DNA of 64,000 nt from the human T2T-CHM13v2.0 reference genome, Homo sapiens (GCF_009914755.1 NC_060929.1); one strand, 5' to 3'; counted from the stretch's first letter, positions 1 through 13,688 are shown. Made by a program: numbers and translations. The notes: generated by a model from the letters alone, not told the origin.

Positions 1-303
1 GGAGGTTTAATGGACTCACAGTTCCACATGGCTGGAGAGGCCTCACGATCATGGCAGAAGGTCAAAGGCACATCTTACATGGCATCAGACAAGAGAGAAC
101 GAAAAAAAAAACCAAGCAAAAGGGGAAACCCCTTATAAAACCATCAGCTCTCATGAGACTTACTCACTACCATGAGAACAGTATGGGGAACGACACCCCC
201 ATGATTCAATTACCTCCCACCAGGTCCCTCCCACAACACGTGGGAATTATGGGAGCTAAAATTCAAGATGAGATTTGGGTGGGGACACAGCCAAACCATC
301 TCA
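1..303 (-). mobile_element. THE1-family (THE1B/C-like) MaLR LTR, cut by the window start
   Basis: Reverse complement of the THE1 LTR, ending ...gagatttgggtggggacacagccaaaccatctca; contains ggactcacagttccacatggctgg and ccttataaaaccatcag. Confidence 0.9.
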
Positions 304-403
304 ACTGTATCCCAGGCTGCTCTTGAACTCCTGAGCTCAAGCAATCCTCCCACCTTGGCCTCCCAAAGTGCTGGGACTACAGGCCTGAGCCACCACACCT
401 GGA
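304..403 (-). mobile_element. Old Alu left-arm/FLAM fragment abutting (probably interrupted by) the THE1 LTR
   Basis: cccaggctgctcttgaactcctgagctcaagcaatcctcccaccttggcctcccaaagtgctggg...gagccaccacacctgg is the antisense Alu 5' end with AluJ/FLAM-type gctcaagcaatcctccc. Confidence 0.85.
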
Positions 404-575
404 CTCTGTGTCTCCTTTTCTGTCTCTTATAAGAAAACTGGCCATTGACTTTAGGGCCCAACCGGATCCAGGATGATCTCACTTCCAGATCTTTGCCTTA
501 CCTGCATCTGCAAAGGCACGTTCGGAGCTTCCAGGTGGAAATGACTTTGGAGGAGGCATCATTCAACCCCACTGC
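404..575 (-). mobile_element. MLT1-family MaLR LTR fragment
   Basis: tcttataag...ccattgactttagggccca...atccaggatgatctca...catctgcaaag...cattcaacccac motifs typical of antisense MLT1B-E LTRs. Confidence 0.7.
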
Positions 576-930
576 ACGTGGGAGGCCCTGGTGTCACCGA
601 GGAGGTGCTAGTTTCTCAGAGAGGCAGCCTCTCAGCTGAGGAGAAGCATCCAAGAGGCTGGCGGAGATTGGAAATGAAAGCGAGCAGGGTTTTCACAGCG
701 AGCCAAACAGCCTGGAGGCCAGGAGGAGAGGACAAGGAGTCATGCGACCTGGTAAAGCAGCTCCTCTCTACACACCCCTCTGGGGAATCTTAGTGCTGAG
801 AGGAAACCTTGGAGGTCTTATTTCTCTACAGCCTGGAATTAGATGTGTCTGCCATCTTTCTGAATTTTGGGAATAGGTCTAAAATAGTGGCTTTTGGAGG
901 CAGACAGATGAGTTCATATCTAGGCTGTGC

Positions 931-2121
<1,191 letters not shown>

Positions 2122-2567
2122 AGGATGATTTCAATGTTCCTGGGAGGATAGGGCTCTGTTTTCAGGAACAGTCCTTGCTCTGGTTTGGCTATTAAGTAGC
2201 TGATAATATAGATTCCTCCTCCCTTAGTCACAGACTGTGGCTTTGTGGCATCTACTTGACCATCTTAGGAGCAGCTCCTGGGGCCCGTCCATGGCAGAAA
2301 CACTTGCAGCATACTGGGCAAGGGTCCCAACATCAAGCATGACACAAGCACCCATGAGGCCCGCAGATCGCTGCCTGGCTCCTTCCGCTGCCTGGTTATG
2401 TGGTGGAGACCATGCTTTGCCTATTAATGGATGTGTAGTTTACATTGGACATAACCAAAAATTTTAGAACTTGAAGATAAATACTATCTCGATTGGAACT
2501 GCATTGTGATGAAGCATTTTATTTCAGAATTTCTTGGCTGGCCTTGGAGCTATTTAAAAGGACAACA

Positions 2568-3057
2568 CTGAAGTCAGGAAGTGAGATGCCTCCAGCTTCC
2601 TTCTTTTTTTCCTCAAGATTGCTTTAGCTATTCTGGGTCTTTAGTGGTTCTATATGGATTTTAGGATTTTTTTTTTCTATGTCTATAAAGAATGCCATTG
2701 GAATTTTGATAAGAATTGCATTGAATCTGTAGATCATTTTGGCTAGTATGGGCATCTTAACAATATTAATTCTTCTAATCTACAAACATGAGATATTTTT
2801 CCATTTATATGTGTCATCTATATTTTTTTGATCAATGTTTTATAGTTTTCAGTATACAGGTCTTTCATCTCTTTGGTTAAATTTATTCCTAGGTATTCCA
2901 TTCTTTCTGATGCTACTGTAAATGGGATTATTTACTTGATTTCTTTTCCAGATAGTTCAACATTAATTTATACAAGTACAACTGATTTTTGTATGTTGAT
3001 TTTATATCTTGCAACTTTACTGAATGTATTAGTTCTAACAGTTTCTTAAGGAGTTTA
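2568..3057 (-). mobile_element. L1 ORF2 segment, the inverted 5' part of a twin-primed L1MA insertion
   Basis: tgaagtcagg...atgcctccagc...ttgcattgaatctgtagatc...ctgatttttgtatgttgattttatatcttgcaactttactgaat is antisense L1 ORF2; ORF 2928-3155 gives KLQDIKSTYKNQL-like remnants. Confidence 0.9.
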
Positions 3058-4455
3058 TATGTATAAAAAGCTATAATTAAAAAGAGTATAGTACTGGAAT
3101 AAAACCAGACACATGCATCAAGGGAACAGAATAGAGAGTCCAGAAATAAACCCAAGCATGTACAGTCAACTAACTTTCAACAAAGGCACCAAGAATACAC
3201 AATAGGAAAAGACAGACACTTCAATAAGCAGTGTTGGAAAAACTGAATGCCCACATGCAGAATAGACCCTTTTCTTACACCATACACAAAAAATAAGCTT
3301 AAAATGGATTAAAGACTTAAACATAAGACCTGAAACCATAAAAATCCCAGTAGAAAACATAGGGGAAAGTATTTTTGATGTTGGTCTTGGCAATAATTTT
3401 TGGATTTGATGCCAAAAGCACAGGCAACAGAAGTAAAAATAAATGAGTGAGACTACAGCAAACTAAAAAAACCTCTGTACAGCAAAGAAAACAATCAACA
3501 AAATGAAAAAGCAACCTATGGAATGGGAGGAAACACTTGTAAACCATATAGACCATAAGGGGTTAATATTCAAAATGTGTTTGAAACTTATAAAACTCAA
3601 TAGCAAAACAAACAAAAAAACCTGATTAAAAATGGGCTGAGGATCTACATTGACATTTTTCTAAAGAACACATACAAATGGCTAACAGTTATATAAAACA
3701 ATGCACAACACTAATCATCAGGGAAATGCAAAAGAAAACCACAATGAGATACCATCTCATGCGTTAGGATGGCTATTACAAAAATCAAGAAAGATAAGTG
3801 TTGGCAAGGACATGGAGGAAAGGAACCCTGATACACTGTCGTGGGAGTGTGAATTGATGCAGTTATTATGGAAAACAGTGTGGAGATTATTTAAAGTAAA
3901 ATAAAAATAGAACCACCATGTAAAATAGAAATCCCACTTCTGGGTACAAACAACCTAAGTGTTTATCAACAGATAAATGGATAAAGACAATATGGTATAT
4001 TTGTATTATATGCGTGTGTGTGTGTGTGTGAGCACATGTGAATGTGTGTACATATATAAGGGAATATTATTCAGCTTTAAAAAAGGATATCTTGCCATTT
4101 ACAACAACTCAGATGAAATGTGAGGAGATTATTCTAAGTGAAATACCAGGTAGAGAAAGAAAAATACTGCATGTCTCACTTATATATGGAATCTAAAAAA
4201 ACAAAAATTGAATTCAGTAGCAGAGAGTAGAATGGTGGTTGCTGGGGTCTGGAACGAGGAGGAGGGGAGACAAAAAGGTACAAATGTTTAGCGATGAGGT
4301 AAGTACTGAAGACCTAATGTACAGCATGGTGACATAGTTAATAAAATGTACTGTATATTGACATTTGCGGAGAGAGTAGATTTCAAGTGTTTTCACCACA
4401 CACAAAAAACGGTAACTGTGTGAGGTGTTGAATATGTTAACTAAAAAAAAAAAAA
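3058..4455 (+). mobile_element. L1MA (MA8/MA9-like) 3' part: end of ORF2, 3' UTR and A-tail
   Basis: cagaatagagagtccagaaataaaccc, ggattaaagacttaaacataagacctgaaacc, gacctaatgtacagcatggtgac...ggtaactgtgtgaggtg, then an A run at 4443-4455; TSD aaaaggacaaca (2556-2567) / aaaagaacaaca (4452-4463). Confidence 0.9.
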
Positions 4456-4698
4456 GAACAACATGGAGAATAATTATTTAAAATGTTTGCCTATAAGATG
4501 GCATCCTCCTAGTGCTTCCAGTGATGATGGGATTACCTGGTCTTGTCCTGGGACTGGCTCAGAGCACCACCTGACATGGCTTGTTCTGTTAGTTCCATTG
4601 ACCCTTTACCAAATTCTGATGTTGCCCTGCACTCTTCAAGGTCTGTGAAGATATGACGTGATTATTTTTAGTCCTATTCTTTTCTGAATATAGAAGAC

Positions 4699-4994
4699 TT
4701 TTTTTTTTTTTTGAGACGGAGTCTCGCTCTGTCGCCCAGGCTGGAGTGCAGTGGCGCAATCTCGGCTCACTGCAGGCTCCGCCCCCTGGGGTTCACGCCA
4801 TTCTCCTGCCTCAGCCACCCGAGTAGCTGGGACTACAGGCGCCCGCCACCTCGCCCGGCTAATTTTTTGTATTTTTAGTAGAGACGCGGTTTCACCGTGT
4901 TAGCCAGGATGGTCTCGATCTCCTGACCTCGTGATCCGCCCGCCTCGGCCTCCCAAAGTGCTGGGATTACAGGCGTGAGCCACCGCGCCCGGCC
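4699..4994 (-). mobile_element. Full-length AluY with AluYe-like diagnostic positions
   Basis: CpG-rich; the sense strand reads ccgggcgaggtggcgggcgcc and gaaccccagggggcggagcctgcag; TSD gactttt at 4696 and 4995. Confidence 0.95.
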
Positions 4995-5199
4995 GACTTT
5001 TTAATATTATAGAAAACACATTCTTTGCCTCTGTAATATAAAAACTGAAAATCAGTAAACAACATGCAGATAAAAACAGTCATGGATTGGAAATAGCTGT
5101 TAACACACTTTTATTTACCTCATAGGTCAAAAAATAAATTATAATAAAACTTAAGAACTTTGGAACCAAATTATAATATAAATGTTACATACTAAAACA

Positions 5200-5900
5200 C
5201 TTATGACTCAGTTTAACATATTCCTATAGGAAACTTTATTGTCTCAAATCCATAGTGAAGAAAGATGACAAATTAATGAACCAAGCCTTGAGTCTGAATT
5301 AGAAAAAAATTAGTGGAACATACTAAATGGAAGAAATAAAACAATAACAAGATAAGAGGTTAATGAAATTTACAATAAATACCCTTAAAGAGGGTGAGAA
5401 ACAAGTGTAGCTGGTGCTTTGTAAAGAATGTTTGAACATTGGCTAACCTCAGGCAAAACCAATCAAAGGCAGTTATAAATTAAAATTGAATAAAAATAGA
5501 AACATAGCTAAAGATAGAACAGAACTTAAAAGTTATAAGCCAATATCAAGAAAAAATTTTATGTCAGTGGCAATTTTTTAAAACAAATCACCAATATTGA
5601 TACAAGGAAAAACCAAAACCTAATATAAGCCCTAGATTAATTCTCAAAACTACTCACAAAATGTACCAAGGACAAAAGACTTGACCGGCAATTTTGCCAA
5701 ACCATCAGAAATTAGATAACTCCTATCATGTACACATTATTTCAGAAAATTAAAAGAGCAGGAAAACATCTCAACATTTAGGAGGCTAGGATAGCCCAGC
5801 TCTAAACTGGACAAGGACAGTATGTGCAAGAAAAGTAAAGGCCAGTTTCAGTAAACACCATAGACCTAAATATCTGAATGTTAGCAAACCAAATTCAATT
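5200..5900 (+). mobile_element. Highly decayed old L1 (L1M) ORF2 fragment
   Basis: A-rich, with L1-like motifs (agctggtgctttgtaaaga, aggaggctaggatagccc...ctaaactggacaaggaca, ttagcaaaccaaattcaa). Confidence 0.55.
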
Positions 5901-5935
5901 ATAAATAAATATAAATGCTAAATAAAATCTGTATT

Positions 5936-6333
5936 TGATAATCTTTGAATCTCTGTCCCTGCTCAAATATCATGTCAAATGGTAATCCCCAGTATTGGAG
6001 GTGAGGCCCAGTGGGAGTCGATTGGATCATGGGGACGGATTTCTCCCTTGGAACTGTGTCAAGATAGTGAGTGAGTTCTCATGAGATTTGGTTGTTTTAA
6101 AGTGTTTGGCACCTCCCCCTCACCCTCTCTTCCTCCTGTTCCAGCCATGTGAGATGCCTTTCTCCCTCTTTGCCTTCTGCCGTGATTGTAGGTTTCCTGA
6201 GGCCTCCCCAGAAGCACATGCTGCTATGTTTCCCGTATAGCTTGTGGAACGGTGAGCCAATTAAACCCCTTTTCCTTACAAATTACCCAGTTTCATGTCT
6301 TTCTTTATAGAAATGTGAGAATGAACTAATACA
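5936..6333 (+). mobile_element. MSTA-like MaLR solo LTR
   Basis: tgata...ctaataca termini; ttcctgaggcctccccagaagc, gagccaattaaacc; TSD gtatt/atatt. Confidence 0.9.
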
Positions 6334-6339
6334 ATATTT

Positions 6340-6475
6340 AAAATATAAATACATATGTATGTGTATATACATGCACACACATATATTACTTGATAAATAT
6401 ATATAATACATATTACATATGAATATATATTATTGTGTGTATGTGTATATATAGAGAGATATAGGTACATATATC
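6340..6475. repeat. Degenerate (TA/CA)n low-complexity tract
   Basis: atacatatgtatgtgtatatacatgcacacacatatatt...tatatagagagata. Confidence 0.8.
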
Positions 6476-7641
6476 CTCAGTAGAATGTATTCCAGATGGT
6501 GGTAAATATTAGAAAATTGTGAATATACTAGTATAAATAATTCTATGTTTTGAAACAACCTAAATTTTTTTATATCATTAGGGAAATTGCTAAAAAATTG
6601 GGATGCACCCATGTGATGGAATTTTTATGGAGTAGTTAAGATGAATAAATCATATCCACATATATCTACATGAATTTCTTAAAAATAATTTTAAAAATTG
6701 CTTTTCTGTTCTATTGAAATGGAAAAACATGTTGCTAAAGAAAACATCGAATAATTTGCCATTCATGTAAATTTAACATCACACAAGACTACTCTATTAT
6801 TTATGTACATGAACACATACAATACAAAATTTAAATGCCAGGAATGATAAACATAAATTTCAGAAAAGTAGTGATTTTTAAAAATGGAATCAGAGATCAG
6901 TTGTAAAAGCTGGCATTAAATCATTTTTTAAAGATTTGAAATAATTATGGTAACTAGTCAACTTTTCAATATTTTGTAACAAGGTGATGTCTAATTAGGT
7001 GTTTGCTATCTTTTTTTGTTTTTGTGTATTTTAAATATTTCAATATTAAAAAATAGAAATATTAAAAATTCACATAAACTTGCGTTAACTTTTTCCTCAT
7101 TTTGTAATGGGAAGATAAGCTGTTTGATTAACATGATCCTTGGCCATGTTGGTTGTTGGTCTTGGAATCTAAAAAATGGTGAAATGTGGCTCAGCAGTGG
7201 TTTCAGCCCAATGTGTCAATTTCATATTGTATCCTTCTTCCCAGGCCTTGGATACAGGAGATGCCCCATTACGGCCCTTGGGTGATGGCTGTCATGGGCA
7301 CTGCGTCCTTGGATGGAGCGTGACTTTCTTTGGGATGTATAACACATATTCTGTGTATCTTGTACTCCTTGTCCTTTTCTCCCATCTTTAAATTATAACC
7401 TCAGAAAAGTCTAGTGTAAGGTCAGAGGTTTCAGATTTTTCTCTTGGCCTTGCTTCTCTTTAATAACTGGAATCCCAGTTCCACCTCCATGCAATTGTGT
7501 TGCTCCTGCTGAAGACCTCCAGGGAATGAAAGGCTGTGCAGGGGCTGGGCTGGGCTTGGAGATGGCATGTTGCAGAGTTAATTTTAGGAGTTCTTTTCTT
7601 AAATTAAGCATCTACGCTGGCATTTTTTTTTTCTGTTTCAG

Positions 7642-7696
7642 TGATTGTGACCTGGGTACACCAACCCAGCCTTTGATCTGTGTAAAGTGAAAACAG
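7642..7696 (+). other. Candidate 55-nt non-coding exon (motif only)
   Basis: Acceptor ttttttttttctgtttcag|TG and donor AACAG|gtatat; stop codons in all three frames. Confidence 0.25.
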
Positions 7697-8351
7697 GTAT
7701 ATGAATATACAAACACAACAAAGGCTTGGCTTTGGGGGAAAGCTCTGCTAAAATGTGCATGCACCTAAACCATAAGCGAAACTATGTAATTGACAAGTTG
7801 TCACAATTATGGTTGGTAAGAGAGAAATTATATATCTAAAATGTAATTAAAATGCTCCTTGTAAGCATTGATGACAAGTTCTTGGAGACCAAGAAGGAAA
7901 TAATCTCAGTCAAACCAACCGATCTGGTTTACAGGTCTTGTCAATAGAAAATAGGAGACATTTTTCTTTTGAGACGATGAACCCAAGTATATCCCACATC
8001 GTCAATAGGTGACAATTTTTAGCAAGCGACAACACAAATGAATTAAGACAATTTGTATAGACTCTTGGGTAATTAGGAAGCCATTTATTGACGACTCAGT
8101 GTGATGCATAGGCACATACTGATTTTTTAATAAAGCAATTATATCATTCTGGTAACTCTGCCACCTCAGTCGTTCGGAACCTTATAATTATTTCTTTTAC
8201 TCTTCTGCACTGTATGTGGCTATAGTTCATAATTGTATTAGCCCCAGCAGAATTTGGAGATGAGTTATAAAAGCTAAATGCAAAACCAAAAGTTGTGTGT
8301 TTCTTCTTATGGGGACGGTGAGAACTACATGTGGATTAACCTAACACCCAG

Positions 8352-8814
8352 TGGTTCAGGTTGGGTTCCTTCAGCACAAAGTGCAAAACAGGGACTCGGG
8401 AGCACATGATTTATTAAGGGAGGGTTCTGCAGGAAAACATGGAAGAACAGGAGTGGAGAAGAATAAGGAAAAGGAAAGAGCTCACCCAGCGTGTGGTCAC
8501 AGGTACAGTCTAGCTGGGGTCTGAACCCAGGGAGAAAGCCGCAGGGCATAAATCAGCCTTTGAGGTGTATCCCACTGAGTCAGAGGGGCTGGATTCTGTT
8601 CCTCATATCAATCGCTCATTGACTGTGGGTCACACTCAGGTGAGGGCTGTGTCACTTCCTGATGATGCAATTTCTATCAATAGAGGACAATTCGTCAAAG
8701 AAAGAGGGTAGCTCCGCCTCCCTCTTAGCTAACAGCCAACACGCAAAACAGCTGCGGGTGGGGCTGCCAGCCTTGTGAAAGGAAACTGGGTGGAGCACCA
8801 CATTGTCTATGACA
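8352..8814 (-). mobile_element. ERVL LTR (LTR16/LTR33-like), 3' LTR of a proviral remnant
   Basis: Begins ...ttcaggttgggttcc (antisense LTR16-type 3' end); ends tgtctatgaca followed by ctccacct, i.e. a purine tract aggtggag next to TG on the minus strand. Confidence 0.7.
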
Positions 8815-10857
8815 CTCCACCTAATGCGGAGTTCAAATCCGCTTATTCCTTTTATTAACTTCACACTGCCCATGATTCCATGCTCACAAGCCTTAGGAAA
8901 ACATAAAAGGAGGATTGGTGGGGAATTTTATGCACCACTGTCACAGATGGCCCTGAGGCCATCACTGAAAATGTTTCCCTCCTCTATGACGGGTGCTAAA
9001 TTCCTTGTACTCTTAACTAGTGTTTTGGCTGGTCTGGGTGGATTGCCTGGTGGTTGACCCAACTCTCAACCTTGATGGATCTGAAACCCTGGTGACCAAA
9101 CCCTGAGCAGGCTCTGATTTCTTTATCTATCTATTATTGTTAAAACAGGGCATTGGACACTAAGAGATGCCCAGGTGGATTACCTGAGGGCGGCGTCACT
9201 TAGCAGGAGTGCTGCATGGACCTCATGGCGATCAGGGTGACACGGACTTCATAAATTAGCTACTGCTGTGCCTGCTGATTTTCTAGCACAAGGAGCCCCA
9301 AGTGATCTGCAACAGCCATTGCTTCACATTGAGAAGGATTCTTTTTATTTTCCTGGTCAGCAGCATCGCTGCCCCTCAGTAAAAGAGCCCCTAGACTCTT
9401 AATTAAGATTGGCCACAGAGCAAAAATTCTGGAGATGGGAAATATTAATTCCGCTAGTGGGTCACTGGAGTGGTGGAGAGTGGGGCCATTTCTAGTCTTT
9501 TCCTTGTTTTTCAGACACAGCAATTGTACCTTTGAGGACATGACACCATGTGAAAACCATTGGTTTAATGGGAACATCCCGTCTGAAGGATAGTGTTTCA
9601 TCCTCACAGGCCATCATCTCCAGGCTGGAACCTCAGCTCCCCTTTCAGAGGCCATTTCATCAGGCTTCCACTTCCTGGTGGTGGTATGTGGTAGGGTCAG
9701 TGGACCCAAGGTCCTGTTCCTACTGCCACAGCCCCTTTGCTGTCAGGGGGATTCCTTGGACTAGGATGATGTTACCCAGGATCCCATGTCAGTCAATCAG
9801 ACTCATAGTGAGGCCTTGGGTATTGTGCTGGGTGAAGCCCTGCAGGTAGGAAAGGCAAATCCAATCCCAGTAGGTGTCAAACTCAGTCAGCATGAATTGC
9901 TGCCCTTCTAGGAAGACTGGGTATGATATACTAGACTATCCCCCAAAATGGTGGGGTGGTCTTCTTGAGGGAGGTGCATATCAGGGGATTAGAATCAGCT
10001 TCGGTGTCTGACTCTGTTAGACACTCAGCAATGGTGATAGGTAAATCAGCTTTAGTGAGAAGGCCCTTATGTGCCTGGCTCTATGACTAGCCCCTGTCTC
10101 TACAACATGGCTATTCCATTCTTGACATCATTGCACAAACACCAAGTGACAAGGGCATGGGCTGGCTACCATCAACTGCCTGAGTCATCCTGCCCACTGG
10201 CTGTTGAAGGTCTCCTCCTCAGCAGTTGTCTCTGGTGTCAGGTATGAAGATCATCACACTTTCCCCACTCTTACAGATCCTCACACATGTCTCTTTCTGA
10301 CCTTCTGGTCCCCAGTCTTCCAATATTTCTTCTTCCAGGACCCTGGCCAACCAGCTAAGTCATTTGCCACAGTCCATGGATTTATACCTATCTTTACCTT
10401 CAGTCATTCTTTCAATCAAGTCCTGTGCCTGGGCTTCAGCTCTGTTTGTCCTCTTGCTGTAGAAGATGGAGATCCCTTGCAATGATGCCCAGAAGGCCCT
10501 CTCACTCTCACACATTGCATTAAGTGACTGATGGTCCTAGACTGTCATCTTCTCTTTTCAAAGTATCATTGGCACTCAGCAATAGTCACTCAATTCCATA
10601 GTCTTCTAATTATAATCTCTCCATTGTCTTCCCAATGGCAAAGATATTGCACAAATCAGAACAACCCTCTCTACCTGTGTCTCATGTCAGTTCACTGCAG
10701 GTGAAAAGCCTTAGCAGTTTCACTGCTTCTGTGTGCCACTATCATTAATCCACCGACCAACAGTGATGGGGTCATTGTTGCCAACTGGATGGAAAGTGAT
10801 CACACATCAGAATCCAGTTCTTAATGTTTGCTTCTTGGGTCTAGTTTTGGTACCAAC
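8815..10857 (-). mobile_element. Internally deleted ERVL internal region (HERV16/ERV3-16A3-like) with integrase and dUTPase-region remnants
   Basis: Minus-strand ORF 9260-9607 contains SDPLAELIFPI, resembling the HERV-L SDPLAKFLLPV; 9640-9700 resembles the YHxPHHPxxxGLIExxNGLLK integrase motif; PBS-like gttggtaccaaa next to the 5' LTR. Confidence 0.7.
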
Positions 10858-11600
10858 AGTCTTAGGTCGAGTTTCTAAGAAGCAGAGTCTGAGACAGAGG
10901 TTCAGGTACACATGACTGTGGAGGCAATGCTCCTCAGGAAATACCTGCAAAGCAGAGAGTGACTCAGGAGAGAGAAGGAGAAAGCTGGACAAGGATATGT
11001 TCTTATGGAAATCTTCTCTTGGTGTCTTAGTGCATTTGGGTTGCTCTAACAAAATACCATAGATGGGGTGGCTTCCAAACAACAGACATTTATCTCTCAC
11101 AGTCTTGGAGTCTGGAAGTCCAAGATCAAGTTGCCGGCAAATACAGTATCTTGCGAGGAACTGCTTCCTAGTTCATAGATGGTCATCTTCTCACTGTAAT
11201 CTCCCATGGTAGAAGGGGCAAGAGATCTCTCTAGGGTCTCTTTTATAAGGGAACTAATTTCACTCATGAGGGCACCACCCCTGTTACTTTATTGTCCCTG
11301 AAGTGTCCCAGCTCCCAATACCATCACACAGGAGATTAGATTTCAGTATATGAATTTTGAAGGGGCATGAACATTCAGTCTGTAGTACTTGGTTTATGTG
11401 ATGAGGGCTCTGGAACTTAGATCATACCAAGTTGATACCTGGATGAGGCTGGGGTCAGTCTTTTGTACCTCATATCTGTGAACCATTGGTGATGGGCCAT
11501 ATAACTTCCTAGGTGAGGTGCCATTAGCAGCCAACACTCACAGTAGTTGGTGGGCAGGTACCAGCCTGGTAGAGAGGATATGGGTGAGGCACTACACCCA
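10858..11600 (-). mobile_element. ERVL LTR (5' LTR of the same provirus), split by an MLT1A insertion
   Basis: gtcttaggtcgagtttctaagaagcagagtctgagacagagg; distal end tagcagccaacactcacag...ccagcctggtagagagga...gcactaca parallels 8727-8802. Confidence 0.65.
11023..11387 (-). mobile_element. MLT1A/MLT1A0 solo LTR
   Basis: tgtcttagt...aacattcagtctgtagta; perfect 5-bp TSD cttgg at 11018-11022 and 11388-11392. Confidence 0.9.
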
Positions 11601-13566
11601 CATTGTAGGTTCAAATTCTAGTTCTATCACACACTGGTGGTGTAAGTTGGGCAAATTAATTCATGTCTGTGCTCTAATCTATAAAGTGCTACATAATAAA
11701 CTTCCAATAATGTTAGCTTCTATTATTATTGTTATTATTTATTTTGTTGGCATTGTTGTTATTTACTATTTAATAGTGATTTTCAAGATGCTGAGTATGA
11801 ACAAATCTTTTGAGATAAAGAAATACAGTTTTACTAAGTACGGTTGAAAGGCACAATTAACAGTGACAAGGTCAGTTCTCCAATGGCCCATATTCATTTG
11901 TTTTGGTAAGATGATACAATTGTTCAATACTCATGCTGTGTAAAATAATTAATGGCCTGTTGAATGAAATTTCTCATTAGCTAAACATAGGAGATAAATA
12001 TGAGATCTACCAACAGGTCTGGCTTATAAGTCAGAAGAACTTGGTCCCATGCCCAGACCGATCCCAGACACACTGTAAGACATTGGGATGATGACATCCA
12101 TCTCCATTCCCATGTGGGTTTCATATCAAATGGTGACAAGCAGGAAACTGACATCTAGGAGTGTGATCTTGAACTGGGGCTGGTCAGCTGTAGGAAACAG
12201 AAAGCCATTTAAGCCAGAGCAAGAAAAGAGTTCTGAGTTCATCAAATCCAAAGAATGGCTTAAAAATTGTCCCAGGGAAGTTGAGAATCAAGGTGTCTCC
12301 AGGATTTCACCATCAGGAATGTCTGTTATATATCTTTGAGGATACAATTCAAATTCTAACTCTCTCAGTCTCTGGGTCTCTTAGTTCAAATCCTCAAGAA
12401 CAGAATCTGATTGGCAGCTGCCCCAACAATATCTTGGCTCATGATGAGGCATTGACCTGCCCAGGTCCAATCAGCTGCAGCTGGAGATGGCCCAGGCGGT
12501 GAATGGGAAATTAAGCATAGCAAGGGAAATGCTGGTTACCAGCTCTGCATTGAGACTGCACCACATGCAGTCATGAAGCTGCCTGCTTTCTTCATGGTAA
12601 CCTTGTTGATAGGTATGATGACCTCATCTTATAGATATGGAGGTTGAGAGAGATAAGATTATTTTCAGCACTGCAGTTGGGAAGGCAAAGCTGGAATAAC
12701 TCTACCTTATTTCTTGCAGGGTCTATGGAAGAAAGAGTCCTTGCCCCAACACAGTTCTTCTAGGACTTATCAATACTGAGTTTTCTTTAAAGTGGGTAAC
12801 AATGATTGATCCCCATGCTGTGATGGTAGATGGTCATCACACCAGCTTGTGTGAGCAAGTGTTTCTTCTGTGTGCCTAGGAAGCTTACCTTTTGGCTATG
12901 AGGATTCCTTGTCCACTACCAGAGAATACTGAGACAATGGCCCATGTCTCACCTTAGCCCAAGTTTCATTCTTGGGTCTCCCAAGGCAGATCTCCCCTGC
13001 ATATGGGAAATAATTCTTCCAGCTTTAGCCCAACTGTCCAAGAGCCAAGAAGTGGAGCAGCTGTTCAACACGTCATTAATTTCTCCATGGACAGCCCCAT
13101 AATCATTCATGATGCCTCAGGTCATGTGGTCATTCTGGAATACTGCTGGGAAAACTCCACTTTTTTCATGGTCTTTCTTGATGCTTATATTGTGCAGGGA
13201 GCTCTTTATTTCTGTTGGTTTTCTCCATCAATCTCATCACAATTGGCTCAGTTTCCAGAAATTCTTCAATGTTCTGGTCTTCTAACGGGATCATTGTATT
13301 TTCCACTACTGATAAGCATTTATTCTTACTTTGATATATCCTCTTTAATTTGGTAGAATTTTGAGAGACAAAGGCAGATGTGTGAGCTCAGCTGTTTTGA
13401 AGAGGAAGCCTTGGACCTCAGTCTACATTATTGATAAATGCCAGAAACAAGGCTTAGCTCTTCAATATACATGGACTTTTCTGTTTATGTGCTGTATTGT
13501 AATGGTACTTGAGTTTTTCGGTTTGTTAGTTTTGGCCTTAGGTGTTGGTGGTTTCCATTCCTTTTG

Positions 13567-13688
13567 TGTGAGGTTCCAACAGTGGAACCTCACAGGCACA
13601 GCCTCTGGAAAAAATGCAACATGAATTTTTGACAGTTAATCTTTTCTTTTCATCTTTTATTAATCAATGTATTTCTGATTAATAAAAG
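13567..13688. repeat. Two adjacent perfect hairpins (12-bp stem/4-nt loop; 13-bp stem/9-nt loop)
   Basis: tgtgaggttcca-acag-tggaacctcaca (13567-13594) and cttttattaatca-atgtatttc-tgattaataaaag (13654-13688). Confidence 0.9.

Noticed and set aside
2928-3904. Reverse-transcriptase-like peptide fragments
   Set aside because: Dead L1 ORF2 remnants with no intact frame.
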